From positions 1 through 44,101 of the forward strand of contig CAJWVP010000001.1 of the NCBI GenBank assembly GCA_913048145.1: DNA of 44,101 nucleotides. The letters are read 5' to 3'. A model generated the notes under the pieces. It saw only the letters and a program-made list of their open reading frames with translations. It searched no databases and was not told the DNA's origin. Shown here piece by piece: positions 29,379 through 40,253 of the stretch. A program made the translations under genes and the position numbers. Numbering within the stretch: position 1 is the stretch's first letter; the number at the start of each line of letters is the position of its first letter. Source of the stretch: an uncultured Rhodospirillaceae bacterium. GTDB lineage: Bacteria; Pseudomonadota; Alphaproteobacteria; Rhodospirillales; Casp-alpha2.

Positions 29379-31676
29379 TTGACTAAACGGTATCTATTCT
29401 TTGCGGCGGTATTGGGCGGAGCCATCTTTAGCATGGTCGCCGAGCCGTTTTCAGCGCGCGCGGGACAGGTTGAAATCGCCCAAGCCGGCGTAATCAAGCG
29501 GATTGACGTCAACGGTGCCCAGCGCGTGGAACCGGAAACAGTTAAATCTTATCTCTTGGTGCGCGAAGGCGACAGCTTCGATCCGCTTCGCGTCGATCGA
29601 TCGTTGAAAAGCCTATTCGCCACCGGTTTATTCGCGGATGTCTCTATCAACACGCAGGGTAGCGCCCTGATCGTAAACGTGGTCGAAAACCCTGTTATTA
29701 ATCGGATCGCGTTTGAGGGCAATCGCGCCTTGGAGGACGAGACCCTTGAGGCCGAAGTCTTCTTGCGTCCTAGAATTATCTATACCCGTACCAAGGTGCA
29801 AGACGACTTAAAACGCATTCTTACGCTGTATCGTCGGCAAGGTCGCTTTGCGGTGAGTATCGAACCAAAGGTTATTCAGCTTCCGCAGAACCGGATTGAC
29901 CTGGCGTTTGAAATCGACGAAGGCGAACCCACGACAATTCGCAGTATCCGTTTCGTCGGCAATAGGCAGTTCAGCGACCGTAAATTGAGATCTGTAGTCC
30001 GAACCAAAGAAACGGCGTGGTATCGTTTTCTTTCGTCAAACGACATTTATGATCCGGACCGCCTTACCTTGGATCGCGAATTGTTGCGGCAGCACTACTT
30101 GTCCGACGGCTACGCAGATTTTCGTGTTACGTCAGCAATTGCAGAATTGACCCCCGATCAAAAAGATTTCTTCGTAACCTTTGGTGTCAACGAGGGCGAA
30201 CGCTACAAAATAGGCAAAATCGACATTGATGCCAAGCTACGTGACCTCGAGGCGAAGGATATTACCGGGGCTCTCAAAGTCGAAACGGGTGAATGGTATG
30301 ACATTCGCGACGTCGACAAGTCGATTGATGAAATCGTCGCACGCGTGGGGGAACTCGGATACGCCTTTGTCGACGTCCGCCCTCGGATCAAACGGGATCG
30401 AAAGACCCGTCAATTGAATATCACCTTTCAGATTAAGGAAGGACCACGCGTCTTCGTCGAACGCATTGATATTTCGGGCAATGTTCGGACGCTGGATAAG
30501 GTCGTCCGCCGAGAATTTCAACTTGTCGAGGGCGATGCCTTTAACTCCGCTAAACTGCGACGGTCACGTCACCGACTACGTCGACTCGATTTCTTTGGAA
30601 AGGTAGCGGTCGACAAAGTAGCCGGAAGCGCGTCTGACAAAACGGTCATAAAGGTGGAGGTTGAGGAGAAATCGACCGGTTCGATCTCCCTGGGCGCCGG
30701 CTACTCTTCTTCGCTTGGCCCGATTGGCGAAGTTAGCTTGGTAGAGCGCAATTTCCTTGGCCGCGGTCAGAACCTCGGCGTAACTTTTTCGCTCGCGGCA
30801 GCTCGGAGCGAGATCGATCTCTCGTATACCGAACCCTATTTTCTGAATCGCGATGTATCAGCCGGATTTGATGTTTTTCATGTCCGCCAGGACCTTCAGG
30901 CTCTGAGTTCCATTGACAGCAATCGAACGGGATTTCGCCTCCGGACGGGATATCGTGTTACGCCAGACCTGAACCAACGGTGGGCCTATCTCATCAAGAG
31001 AGCCTCTGTCGCCAATGTCGATTCTGGGGCTGCCGAACTCGTAAAGGATCAGGAAGGTAAGGCATTCACCTCCCAAATTTCGCACAAACTGGCTTACAAT
31101 ACACTGGATAGCAAACTTGATCCGACGGAAGGTTATACGGCGTCTTTCTTAACGGACCTTGCAGGCCTAGGTGGGTCCGTGCGCCACCTCCGAAACACGA
31201 TACGCGCCGGGCTTCACCATCCGATAAGCGAGGATTTTATTTTTTCCGTTGGAAGCAGGGTCGGATATATCGTCGGGCTTGGCGAAGACGTAAAATTTCT
31301 TGAGCGTTATTTTGTGGGCGACACGGAAGTTCGCGGTTTCGAGAGTTCCGGGTTCGGACCTCGAGATTCCGTAACGAATGATGCGCTGGGCGCTGAGTGG
31401 ATGTATTCGACGAAGTTTCAACTGTCATTCCCTCTAGGCCTCCCGGAAGATTTGGGAATTAGGGGCCGTATCTTCACCGACCTCGGTAGTGCCGGACAAC
31501 TCAGTCCGTCAAATTCTGACGTTCAGGATGACGCCTCGCTACGGATGTCTGCGGGCTTCGGCATGACGTGGCGCTCTCCCATGGGGCCCCTCGGGATGGA
31601 TGCCGGTTTCCCCATTCTTAAAGAGGATTATGATAAAGAAGAATTGTTCCAGATTAATTTTGGTGCCCGATTCTAG
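29379..31676 (+). CDS. bamA: outer membrane protein assembly factor BamA
   Basis: 765 aa with a signal peptide (MTKRYLFFAAVLGGAIFSMVAEPFSARA), POTRA repeats, and a C-terminal beta-barrel ending in INFGARF. TTG start with a GGGGGA Shine-Dalgarno upstream. Confidence 0.9.
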   Translation: MTKRYLFFAAVLGGAIFSMVAEPFSARAGQVEIAQAGVIKRIDVNGAQRVEPETVKSYLLVREGDSFDPLRVDRSLKSLFATGLFADVSINTQGSALIVNVVENPVINRIAFEGNRALEDETLEAEVFLRPRIIYTRTKVQDDLKRILTLYRRQGRFAVSIEPKVIQLPQNRIDLAFEIDEGEPTTIRSIRFVGNRQFSDRKLRSVVRTKETAWYRFLSSNDIYDPDRLTLDRELLRQHYLSDGYADFRVTSAIAELTPDQKDFFVTFGVNEGERYKIGKIDIDAKLRDLEAKDITGALKVETGEWYDIRDVDKSIDEIVARVGELGYAFVDVRPRIKRDRKTRQLNITFQIKEGPRVFVERIDISGNVRTLDKVVRREFQLVEGDAFNSAKLRRSRHRLRRLDFFGKVAVDKVAGSASDKTVIKVEVEEKSTGSISLGAGYSSSLGPIGEVSLVERNFLGRGQNLGVTFSLAAARSEIDLSYTEPYFLNRDVSAGFDVFHVRQDLQALSSIDSNRTGFRLRTGYRVTPDLNQRWAYLIKRASVANVDSGAAELVKDQEGKAFTSQISHKLAYNTLDSKLDPTEGYTASFLTDLAGLGGSVRHLRNTIRAGLHHPISEDFIFSVGSRVGYIVGLGEDVKFLERYFVGDTEVRGFESSGFGPRDSVTNDALGAEWMYSTKFQLSFPLGLPEDLGIRGRIFTDLGSAGQLSPSNSDVQDDASLRMSAGFGMTWRSPMGPLGMDAGFPILKEDYDKEELFQINFGARF

Positions 31677-31685
31677 GAGGAATGT

Positions 31686-32249
31686 GTGAAATTTCGCAAA
31701 CTATTAATCAAGCTCTTCGCACTGGGTATAATGGCTGTTACCGCGGGGTTGACGGTGCCCGCGACCGCACAGTTGCCGTTGAATGTTGCGGTTCTCGATA
31801 TTAAAGCCATTCGAATGAACTCGCTGGCAATCAAGGATATACGCGCACAAATCGAAAAATATCGGCAGGGCTTTCAAGCAGATATCAAAAAGGAAGAAGA
31901 CGCCCTCCGTATCGCCAATCAAGAACTGGCGAAGAAACGAACGCTGTTGGGACCTGAGGCATTCGCTAACGAGCGTCGGTTGTTTGAACAGAAGGTCGTT
32001 GGCGTCCAAAAATTGGTCAGCCAGCGGAAGATTGATCTTGATGGCGCATTGACCCAGGCCATGCTGGTGGTTGAGAAAAAGATGAACGTCATCATGGGGC
32101 AAGTAGCAACCAAGCGCGGTGCCAGCCTCGTTCTCCGACGCCAGGACACAATTCTTGCGGACCGCTCCATGGACATGACACAAGAGGTCCTGAAGCGCTT
32201 AAACGCAGAACTTAAGACTGTTCCCGTCGGCAAACCCGGAAGCAAATGA
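31686..32249 (+). CDS. skp: OmpH/Skp-family periplasmic chaperone
   Basis: 187 aa with a signal peptide and a coiled-coil-rich body. It occupies the canonical position between bamA and lpxD. GTG start with an AGGAGG Shine-Dalgarno upstream. Confidence 0.8.
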   Translation: MKFRKLLIKLFALGIMAVTAGLTVPATAQLPLNVAVLDIKAIRMNSLAIKDIRAQIEKYRQGFQADIKKEEDALRIANQELAKKRTLLGPEAFANERRLFEQKVVGVQKLVSQRKIDLDGALTQAMLVVEKKMNVIMGQVATKRGASLVLRRQDTILADRSMDMTQEVLKRLNAELKTVPVGKPGSK

Positions 32250-32250
32250 C

Positions 32251-33276
32251 ATGGCAGATCCGCGGTTTTTTCGCCGCGCAAAACCAATCTCTCTGACAGA
32301 TTTGGCAAAAATTGCGAACGCGACTATCGCTGGCCACGTGGCGCCCAACCAAATTTTCGCGGACGTTAAGGCACTTTCTGAGGCCGGACCGGAGGACGTC
32401 AGTTTTCTCGACAATAAGCGCTACGTTGATACATTCAGCACAAGTGAGGCTGGCGCTTGCGTGGTTGAAGCCGCTTATGCGGATCGCGCGCCGTCCGGCA
32501 TGGCGCTCCTGGTCTCGGATGCCCCGTATCTGAGCTACGCCCTGATCGCCGCCGCGTTCTACCCAACCCAGGATGACGAAAGCACAAATGTCTCAGCCAA
32601 TGCTCACGTTGACGCCTCGGCAAAGGTTGGCGACGGTGCCCGGATTGAGGCCGGCGCTGTCATCCAAGCCCATGCGGAGATTAGAGCCAGTGTCCACATC
32701 GGCGCCGGCGTCGTCATAGGCCCCGGAGTTGTTGTCGGCACGGGTGCGCGCATCGGGCCGAACACTTGTCTGTCCCATTGCCTCATCGGAGATCGCGTGA
32801 TCATCCATGGCGGCGTCAATATCGGCCAGGACGGTTTCGGATTTGCCTTGTCGTCGACGGGTCACCACAAGGTTCCCCAACTGGGTCGGGTTATCATCGA
32901 AGATGACGTTGAAATCGGCGCCAACACGACAATTGATCGCGGCGCTGGCCCAGATACAGTTGTCGGCGCGGGTACCAAGATCGACAACTTGGTGCAAATC
33001 GCACACAACGTCCGCATCGGCAAAGGTTGCATTATCGTTAGTCAGGTGGGCATTTCTGGTAGCACTGAAATTGGAGATTTCGTCATGATTGGCGGGCAAG
33101 CTGGTTTGACGGGACACCTGAAAGTGGGTAGTCGTTCCAAAATCGCCGCTCAGAGCGGAGTCATGCGCAACGTGGACCCCGGTGGCACCATCGGCGGTTC
33201 ACCCGCAAAACCAATGCGTGATTGGCTGAAAGAGGTCGCCCTCGTCGATAGGTTAGTCAAGAACAAGAGTAGATAG
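32251..33276 (+). CDS. lpxD: UDP-3-O-acylglucosamine N-acyltransferase
   Basis: 341 aa with an N-terminal LpxD domain followed by left-handed beta-helix hexapeptide repeats. Position fits. Confidence 0.95.
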   Translation: MADPRFFRRAKPISLTDLAKIANATIAGHVAPNQIFADVKALSEAGPEDVSFLDNKRYVDTFSTSEAGACVVEAAYADRAPSGMALLVSDAPYLSYALIAAAFYPTQDDESTNVSANAHVDASAKVGDGARIEAGAVIQAHAEIRASVHIGAGVVIGPGVVVGTGARIGPNTCLSHCLIGDRVIIHGGVNIGQDGFGFALSSTGHHKVPQLGRVIIEDDVEIGANTTIDRGAGPDTVVGAGTKIDNLVQIAHNVRIGKGCIIVSQVGISGSTEIGDFVMIGGQAGLTGHLKVGSRSKIAAQSGVMRNVDPGGTIGGSPAKPMRDWLKEVALVDRLVKNKSR

Positions 33277-33282
33277 CTGGGC

Positions 33283-33753
33283 ATGGATAATACTGCGACA
33301 AATCAGACCCGAACGATTGAAATCAGCGAGATCATGGAAATGATACCGCACCGGTATCCCTTTCTGCTGGTCGATAAGGTAACCGACGTGGTTCCCAACG
33401 CCACCGCCACCGGCATAAAAAATGTAACTATGAACGAGCCATTCTTTCAGGGTCACTTCCCCGGCCATCCGATCATGCCGGGCGTGCTAATCATTGAGGC
33501 CATGGCACAAACGTCGGCAATTTTGGTGATCGAGACCACCGGGAAAAAAGCCGGCGGCATTGTATATTTCATGACAATCGAACAAGCGCGGTTTCGCCGA
33601 CCAGTTGGACCGGGAGATCGTTTGGAACTTCATGTGGAAAAGCATCGCAGCCGGGGCAACGTATGGAAGTTCCGTGGTGAGGCTAAGGTCGATGGAAAGC
33701 TGATGGCAGAGGCAACCTATTCCGCCATGATCGTGGAAGAGGGCGATGGCTGA
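33283..33753 (+). CDS. fabZ: 3-hydroxyacyl-ACP dehydratase FabZ
   Basis: The [12 protein letters not shown] and [23 protein letters not shown] motifs are present. Confidence 0.95.
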   Translation: MDNTATNQTRTIEISEIMEMIPHRYPFLLVDKVTDVVPNATATGIKNVTMNEPFFQGHFPGHPIMPGVLIIEAMAQTSAILVIETTGKKAGGIVYFMTIEQARFRRPVGPGDRLELHVEKHRSRGNVWKFRGEAKVDGKLMAEATYSAMIVEEGDG

Positions 33754-34546
33754 TATTCATCCAACCGCGATTGTTAGCGCGAAGGCGGAAGTCGGCGATG
33801 GCACACGCATTGGGCCCTATTGCGTGGTCGGAGATGGTGTCGTGCTGGAGGAGGGCGTCGAACTTCTCTCCCATGTCGTGGTCGAGGGGCTTACCCGCAT
33901 TGGCGCGAACACCCATGTGTTCCCATTTTCATCCATCGGACATCGGCCGCAAGACCTCAAGTACCATGGCGAGCCCTCGCGCCTGGAGATCGGCTGCAAC
34001 AATGTTATTCGTGAGCACGTCACGGTAAACCCCGGAACCGAAGGTGGAGGGATGTTGACGCGGATTGGGAACAATTGCCTGCTCATGGTTGGTGCGCACG
34101 TCGCCCACGATTGCATTGTTGACGATCACGTCATCTTGGTGAACAACGCCACACTGGGCGGACATGTCCACGTTGGTGAATGGGGGATCATCGGCGGCTT
34201 ATCCGCGATCCATCAATTCGTCCGTGTTGGCAAACATGCCATGATCGGCGGCATGTCCGGCGTCGAACAGGACGTGATCCCTTATGGCTCCGTAACCGGT
34301 AATCGGGCACGTCTTCAAGGTCTGAACATCGTTGGATTGAGACGTCGCAGCTTTTCGCGAGATGACATCCATGAGATGCGCAAAGCTTACCGGCTAATTT
34401 TCGCAGCGGAAGGAACTATGGCGGAACGTCTCGAAGACGTCGCCGAGGATTTCGGCAACAACGAGGCGGTCATGGACATCCTACAGTTCATTCGCGCCAA
34501 TACATCGCGCGCCATTTGTCAGCCAGCCATGGATGATGCGGCCTAG
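33746..34546 (+). CDS. lpxA: acyl-ACP--UDP-N-acetylglucosamine O-acyltransferase
   Basis: 266 aa starting IHPTAIV, with hexapeptide repeats and a helical C-terminal domain. It overlaps fabZ by 8 nt. Confidence 0.95.
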   Translation: MADIHPTAIVSAKAEVGDGTRIGPYCVVGDGVVLEEGVELLSHVVVEGLTRIGANTHVFPFSSIGHRPQDLKYHGEPSRLEIGCNNVIREHVTVNPGTEGGGMLTRIGNNCLLMVGAHVAHDCIVDDHVILVNNATLGGHVHVGEWGIIGGLSAIHQFVRVGKHAMIGGMSGVEQDVIPYGSVTGNRARLQGLNIVGLRRRSFSRDDIHEMRKAYRLIFAAEGTMAERLEDVAEDFGNNEAVMDILQFIRANTSRAICQPAMDDAA

Positions 34547-36542
34547 GCTAGGCATTATCGCCGGTGGTGGGGCGCTGCCCGCAATCCTCATCAAGAATTG
34601 TGAGCGCAAAGCGCGCGACTTTGTCGTTGTAGCCCTAAAAGGGCAAGCCGACCCGGAAACGATGGATGGCCGACCACACCGATGGGTCCGCCTCGGAGCT
34701 GCGGGTGAAGCTATTGCGTATCTTAAGCAAGAGAAAGTCGAGGAACTGATGTTGGCCGGATCGGTCAGCAAGCCGGCCGCGGCAGATTTGCGCCCGGATT
34801 TCTGGACCACCCGATTTCTCGCGCGCGGCAATATCTATGGAATGGGCGATGACGGCCTGTTGCGCCGATTGATCACGCATCTGGAGCGTGATGAAGGGTT
34901 CCGTGTCGTCGAAGTCAGCGATATCGCGCCAGAACTTCTTGCCCCATCCGGGACCCTAACGCGAGCCAGGCCTACAGAGGTGGATTTGGCCGATATTGCC
35001 GCCGGCGCAGTCGCGGCACACGAAGTCGGCCGCCAAGACAAGGGGCAAGGGGTTATCATCGCAGACGGCGCCATTATCGCCAGCGAAGACCGTCTTGGCA
35101 CCAACGCCATGATAACTAAACTCCCCGCTTGGACGGCGTCAGAAGAACGTAGCGGAATTCTGGTTAAGACGCTGAAACCTGAGCAGGAACGTAGAGCGGA
35201 TCTTCCAACTATCGGGCCGGATACAGTCGACATGGCGAAGCGCTGGGGTCTTCGCGGCATTGCCGTGGACGCCGGAAACGCACTGATCCTCGACCGGGCG
35301 ACGACGGTTGCTAAAGCCGACCACGCGGGAATATTTCTCTTTGGTCTCGAAATCGGCCTGGACGCCGAGGCCTTGGACCCGCCATTGATCTATTTGATCG
35401 CGGGGGAGCCGTCCGCCGACAACTTGGGAGCCCGCTTGATGATGGGTCTGAAACAGGCCACCGAAGGCAGGGTTCGCTTCGCCGGCGTTGGGGGGGCGGC
35501 CATGGGCGCCGAGGGCCTAAAAAGCTTGTTTCCCATGGAGGATCTCGCGGTCATGGGTTTGGCGGAGGTGCTTCCCCGCGTGCCCGCCTTGCGACGGCGT
35601 ATCCTGCAGACCAAGGCCGATGTCCTGGCGCGACGGCCCGACGTTGTCGTTGGCATCGACTCACCAGACTTCAATTTTCGAGTGGCGCAGCGACTGGCCA
35701 AGCAGGGAATTCCACTTATGCATTTTGTCGCACCCAGTGTCTGGGCGTGGCGGTCCGGACGCGCCAAGAAAATTGCCGGCTTTCTTGATCATCTGCTTGC
35801 GCTCCTGCCGTTTGAGCCGCCCTATTTCGAAAAGCACGGCCTCGCCACCACCTATGTTGGCCATCCCATCCTCGAATGCCGGGCCAATCAGGGAGATGGT
35901 CAAGCGTTCCGACGAGCCCACGGTATCGGCGACGATGAAAGAGTACTTTTGTTACTTGCCGGCAGTCGTCGAAGCGAAGCCGCCCGCCATCTCCCCGTGT
36001 TCGCCGAAACCGTCAAACGCCTCCATGAAAAGATCGACGCGCTCCGAGTGATCACCATTACCGCATCGCCAACCGAGGAGATCGTCTCACAAGCGGTCAA
36101 TCAGTGGCCCAGCGACGTAATCACGCTGAGTGATCCGTCCCATAAGTATGACGCTTTTGCGGCAAGCGATGTGTCCTTGGCAGCCTCAGGGACGGTGGCT
36201 CTGGAATTGGCCATAGCTATGGTTCCGTCGGTGATTGCCTATCGAATGAACCCGGTGACGGCGTGGCTCGCAAAGCGTCTAGTGAAGGTCCGATACGCCA
36301 ATATCGTCAACCTGATCTTGGAGCGCGAGGCTGTTCCAGAATTTCTCCTGAACCGTTGCCAGCCCGAACTCTTGGCGTCGGCAATTGTCGATCTCCTCAC
36401 CACACCCGAACGCCGTCAACGCCAGAAAGATGACTACGCCGCCGCGCTGATCAAACTTGGCCGGGAGGACGAACCAGCCGGACAACGTGCGGCTAAGGCC
36501 GTCCTTGGCGTCATCGACGCTAACAAAAACGGCGCAGCCTAG
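34533..36542 (+). CDS. lpxB: apparent LpxI-LpxB fusion: UDP-2,3-diacylglucosamine hydrolase (DUF1009) domain plus lipid-A-disaccharide synthase (GT19) domain
   Basis: This is one uninterrupted 669-codon ORF. Residues about 1-272 are LpxI-like ([20 protein letters not shown]..., in the position after lpxA). Residues about 285-669 are LpxB-like (LIYLIAGEPSADNLGARLM..., DSPDFNFRVA, VAPSVWAWR). The junction at 35349-35399 has no in-frame stop and no ATG or GTG. Confidence 0.8.
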   Translation: MMRPRLGIIAGGGALPAILIKNCERKARDFVVVALKGQADPETMDGRPHRWVRLGAAGEAIAYLKQEKVEELMLAGSVSKPAAADLRPDFWTTRFLARGNIYGMGDDGLLRRLITHLERDEGFRVVEVSDIAPELLAPSGTLTRARPTEVDLADIAAGAVAAHEVGRQDKGQGVIIADGAIIASEDRLGTNAMITKLPAWTASEERSGILVKTLKPEQERRADLPTIGPDTVDMAKRWGLRGIAVDAGNALILDRATTVAKADHAGIFLFGLEIGLDAEALDPPLIYLIAGEPSADNLGARLMMGLKQATEGRVRFAGVGGAAMGAEGLKSLFPMEDLAVMGLAEVLPRVPALRRRILQTKADVLARRPDVVVGIDSPDFNFRVAQRLAKQGIPLMHFVAPSVWAWRSGRAKKIAGFLDHLLALLPFEPPYFEKHGLATTYVGHPILECRANQGDGQAFRRAHGIGDDERVLLLLAGSRRSEAARHLPVFAETVKRLHEKIDALRVITITASPTEEIVSQAVNQWPSDVITLSDPSHKYDAFAASDVSLAASGTVALELAIAMVPSVIAYRMNPVTAWLAKRLVKVRYANIVNLILEREAVPEFLLNRCQPELLASAIVDLLTTPERRQRQKDDYAAALIKLGREDEPAGQRAAKAVLGVIDANKNGAA

Positions 36543-36558
36543 GCCTCCATCGCCGTTT
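36527..36558. terminator. candidate bidirectional intrinsic terminator between convergent lpxB and gltA
   Basis: AAACGGCG (36527-36534) pairs with CGCCGTTT (36551-36558) across a 16-nt loop. On the plus strand the stem is followed by GTT. On the minus strand it is followed by TTTTTGTT. The lpxB stop codon lies inside the loop. Confidence 0.45.
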
Positions 36559-36581
36559 GTTAATGCGTGACCGCGCAAGAA

Positions 36582-37895
36582 TCAGCGTTGACCTAAGGGA
36601 ACGAACTCGCGAGTGGTCGCGCCCGTGTAGAGTTGACGCGGCCGTCCAATTTTCTGGGACGGGTCCTCGACCATCTCGTTCCATTGGGCGACCCAACCCA
36701 CCGTCCGCGCCACGGCGAACAGCACCGTAAAAAGACTGGTGGGTATGCCCATGGCCTTAAAGATAATGCCGGAATAGAAATCCACGTTCGGATACAGCTT
36801 CTTCTCGACAAAGTAATCGTCCTCAAGCGCCAGGCGCTCCAGTTCCACGGCGATATCAAGAAGCGGCTCATTTGTGATGCCCAACTCGCCGAGAACTTCG
36901 TGGCAAGTCTGGTGCATTACCTTGGCACGCGGATCGAAGTTCTTGTAGACCCGATGGCCAAAACCCATAAGCCGGAAAGGATCGTCTTTATCCTTGGCCT
37001 TTTCCACGAATTTGGTGATGTTCTTCGGATGCTCGATCTCTTCGAGCATGTTTAGTACTGCCTCGTTGGCCCCGCCGTGAGCCGGCCCCCAAAGCGACGC
37101 GATACCGGCGGAGATGCAGGCAAAGGGGTTTGCGCCACTGGAACCGGCCAAGCGAACCGTGGACGTCGACGCGTTCTGCTCATGGTCGGCATGCAGGATC
37201 AAAATCCGATCCATGGCCTTCGACAAGATAGGATTGACCTCATAATCCTCGCATGGGTTGGAGAACATCATGTAGAGGAAGTTCTCGGCGTATTTCAGGT
37301 TGTTGCGGGGATACATGAACGGCGCACCGATAGAGAACTTATAGGCCATGGCCGCGATTGTCGGCATTTTAGCGATCAATCGGTAGGAGGCGACCATGCG
37401 GTGTTTTGGGTCAGAAATGTCCAGGCTGTCGTGATAGAAAGCGGATAGGGCGCCGACAATCCCACACATGACCGCCATGGGGTGGGCGTCCCGCCGGAAA
37501 CCGCGGAAGAAGTAGTTCAACTGCTCATTGAGCATGGTGTGGTAGGTCACACCTTTCTCAAACTGGACTTTCTGTTCAGCCGTGGGCAGCTCCCCGTAGA
37601 GGAGAAGGTAGCATACTTCCATAAAGTCGGAATTTTCCGCCAATTGATCGATGGGATAACCGCGATACAACAAAACACCTTTTTCCCCGTCGATGTAGGT
37701 GATTTTGGATGCGCAGCTGCCCGTGGAGGTATAGCCGGGATCGTAGGTGAAACAATCGGTCTCTGCGTAGAGACGGCGAACATCGATGACGTCAGGTCCG
37801 ACTGATCCGTTCAAAACGGGTAGATCATATGTATCACCGGACCGATTGTCCGTTAGCGTGAAGGTCGCGTTCTTTAAATTGTCTTTTGCGTTCAT
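36582..37895 (-). CDS. gltA: citrate synthase (type II)
   Basis: [14 protein letters not shown] and the HGGANE motif are present. I prefer the ATG at 37895 because GGAGAGGGA lies immediately upstream. The ORF track starts 5 codons earlier at 37910. Confidence 0.95.
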   Translation of the reverse strand: MNAKDNLKNATFTLTDNRSGDTYDLPVLNGSVGPDVIDVRRLYAETDCFTYDPGYTSTGSCASKITYIDGEKGVLLYRGYPIDQLAENSDFMEVCYLLLYGELPTAEQKVQFEKGVTYHTMLNEQLNYFFRGFRRDAHPMAVMCGIVGALSAFYHDSLDISDPKHRMVASYRLIAKMPTIAAMAYKFSIGAPFMYPRNNLKYAENFLYMMFSNPCEDYEVNPILSKAMDRILILHADHEQNASTSTVRLAGSSGANPFACISAGIASLWGPAHGGANEAVLNMLEEIEHPKNITKFVEKAKDKDDPFRLMGFGHRVYKNFDPRAKVMHQTCHEVLGELGITNEPLLDIAVELERLALEDDYFVEKKLYPNVDFYSGIIFKAMGIPTSLFTVLFAVARTVGWVAQWNEMVEDPSQKIGRPRQLYTGATTREFVPLGQR

Positions 37896-37994
37896 GCTAT
37901 CCCTCTCCATCTTTCGAGTATCAAACTTGCTTGGCGATCTATTTCACCGACACAGTGCATTAGGCAGCGTCGCCGCAGGCTTGGGCCATACGGA

Positions 37995-39416
37995 TTATTC
38001 AAAATTGATCACGTCGGCAATTCGGCCGAGCGATTCCTCACGCCCCAACACGGCCAAGACTTCGAAAATACTGGGAGATACCGTCGTTCCCGTGATGGCG
38101 GCCCGAATAGGCTGTGCCACTTTCCCCATTTTGATATCCGCGCGTTCGCTGAATTCGCGAACGCACGCTTCTAGGGCTTCTTCCGTCCAATCATCCAATG
38201 CCGCGAAACCGTCCTTAACGGATTCCAGCCGACGACGTCCGTCGTCATCAATTAGTTTTCGTGCCTTGTCACTAATGGATATGGGGCGTTCAGCCGCATA
38301 AAACAACGAATTTTCAATAAGTTCTGACAATGTTTTAGCGCGTTCACGAAGACCGGGAAGCCCATGAATCAGACGTTGGACGGCAATTTCCGACGGGTTA
38401 TAGCCCAGATACTCGGAAAGGCTTGGCGAAATCAGATCCATGAGACGCTCCGGTCCGGATTCCCGGAGGTAATGGCCGTTCAAGGCTGTCAACTTGTCGA
38501 AATCGAACCGGGCCGGCGATTTTCCGACGCTATCCAGGTTGAACCATTCGATAGCCTGTTCCATGGAGATGATCTCATCGTCCCTGTGGCTCCATCCCAA
38601 GCGCAGCAGATAATTACAGACTGCTTCCGGCAAAAATCCCTGGTCCCTATAGACATCAACCCCCAGCGCCCCATGACGCTTCGACATCTTTGCACCGTCC
38701 GGTCCGTGGATCAGCGAAATATGAGCAAAAGCCGGCGTATCCCAGTTCAGGGCCTGAAATAGCTGGGTTTGTCGAAACGCGTTGGTGAGATGGTCGTCCC
38801 CGCGAATGACATGGGTAACACCCATGTCATGGTCATCAACGACAACCGCCAGCATATAGGTGGGCGTACCGTCGCTGCGTAATAGGATCATGTCGTCCAA
38901 TTCGGCGTTGGCGACCCGTACTTCGCCTTGGACTAGGTCTTCAATGACGGTTTCGCCGTCCTCTGGTGCCTTGAGGCGGACGGCGGGCGCGACGCCCGAC
39001 GGCGCGTCGGCGGGATCCCGGTCACGCCAGCGCCCGTCATACATGCGTTTTCGGCCGGCGGTACGAGCCTCCTTGCGCATTGCGCCAAGCTCTTCCGGAG
39101 TGCAATAGCATCGGTAAGCCCGGCCATCGTCCAGGAGGCGTTCAACAGCTGCACGATGCTGTTCTATACGCCCAAATTGGGAGATCGCATCACCATCCCA
39201 TGTCAGCCCCAGCCACCGTAAACCATCAAAAATAGCGTCCACGGCATCTTGGGTCGAACGTTTGCGATCCGTATCCTCAATCCTAAGAAGGAAGGTGCCA
39301 CCATCCCCGTGAAGGGCGTGGTGTTGGGAAAAAAGCCAATTGAAAAGGGCTGTCCGGGCACCACCAATATGCAGGAACCCGGTCGGAGAAGGGGCGAATC
39401 GAGTGACAACGCTCAT
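37995..39416 (-). CDS. gltX: glutamate--tRNA ligase
   Basis: [21 protein letters not shown] (HIGH motif) and AKMSKRHG (KMSKS motif) are present. The ATG at 39416 gives the canonical N-terminus [13 protein letters not shown]. Confidence 0.95.
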   Translation of the reverse strand: MSVVTRFAPSPTGFLHIGGARTALFNWLFSQHHALHGDGGTFLLRIEDTDRKRSTQDAVDAIFDGLRWLGLTWDGDAISQFGRIEQHRAAVERLLDDGRAYRCYCTPEELGAMRKEARTAGRKRMYDGRWRDRDPADAPSGVAPAVRLKAPEDGETVIEDLVQGEVRVANAELDDMILLRSDGTPTYMLAVVVDDHDMGVTHVIRGDDHLTNAFRQTQLFQALNWDTPAFAHISLIHGPDGAKMSKRHGALGVDVYRDQGFLPEAVCNYLLRLGWSHRDDEIISMEQAIEWFNLDSVGKSPARFDFDKLTALNGHYLRESGPERLMDLISPSLSEYLGYNPSEIAVQRLIHGLPGLRERAKTLSELIENSLFYAAERPISISDKARKLIDDDGRRRLESVKDGFAALDDWTEEALEACVREFSERADIKMGKVAQPIRAAITGTTVSPSIFEVLAVLGREESLGRIADVINFE

Positions 39417-39695
39417 ATTATTGCGCGGATGCTCCAAAAGGTAATTCAAGGATTAAAGGCGTTTTATCACATATTTTTCGCAGTTGCAGCAACGCAATCA
39501 AAATAATTTTTCGTCAACCAATATCCAATCAACCCATTGAAATAAAAATATTATTTTCCGATCAATCTTAAATTCGTCTAAATCTGAGGTTCCTGGTCGA
39601 TCATCGTCTCAGAAGGCGGTTGTAAGCCGGTGCACATGGGCTACATTATCTGTCAGGCCAATTCGACGTTCGCGACCATCATAATTGAGGGGAAT

Positions 39696-40253
39696 ATGAG
39701 ATTCCGTTCAGTAGCAGGTCTGGTGGGTGTTTGCGCCCTACTTTCGGCCTGCGGTTCCATAGAGAATGAGACGTGGCATCCCGCGTTTTCCTGGGATAGC
39801 AAACGGGTCTTCGTGGCGCCCGGCGTGGACTCGGCACCCAATATTACCTGGGAATGCACGACCAATCAGGAGAAAGCCGCTGAAGCGGCGAAATGGGAAG
39901 ATGCCGTGACGGTCGCAGAAACTATCAAGGATCAGGTATACCAATCAGGGCTGATCTCCCTGAAAGTCGGCGTGCCGCATATTATCACAGTGACAAACCT
40001 TGACAATCAAGCGCGTTCGTTTCGCGCGCCAGGCCTGTTCGCGAAGTCCTCGGTGCTAAAAATTGTTCACGAAGGTGAAGACGTGACGGCGTCCTGCCTA
40101 CAGGCGGTTGCTGTGGCGCCGCAGAAAACGTCGGAAATCCATCTCGTTCCCCTCGAGAAGGGATATTTTGACTATCGTGAGACCTTCCTTTCGCCACCAA
40201 TCCTGACAGAAATAACGACCTTGGGGGCCGTCGGCCTCGCCTACGTTTATTAG
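39696..40253 (+). CDS. hypothetical lipoprotein (function unknown)
   Basis: The ATG at 39696 gives MRFRSVAGLVGVCALLSAC, a signal peptide with an L-S-A-C lipobox, and is preceded by GAGGGGA. The mature part is soluble and looks beta-rich (ISLKVGVPHIITVTNLDNQARSF). I could not recognise any family. Confidence 0.6.
   Translation: MRFRSVAGLVGVCALLSACGSIENETWHPAFSWDSKRVFVAPGVDSAPNITWECTTNQEKAAEAAKWEDAVTVAETIKDQVYQSGLISLKVGVPHIITVTNLDNQARSFRAPGLFAKSSVLKIVHEGEDVTASCLQAVAVAPQKTSEIHLVPLEKGYFDYRETFLSPPILTEITTLGAVGLAYVY

Noticed and set aside
39453-39582. CtrA-box-like words TTAA-N7-TTAT (39453-39467) and TTAA-N7-TAAA (39568-39582)
   Set aside because: Each has a mismatch in the second half-site, and such words are expected by chance in DNA this AT-rich.
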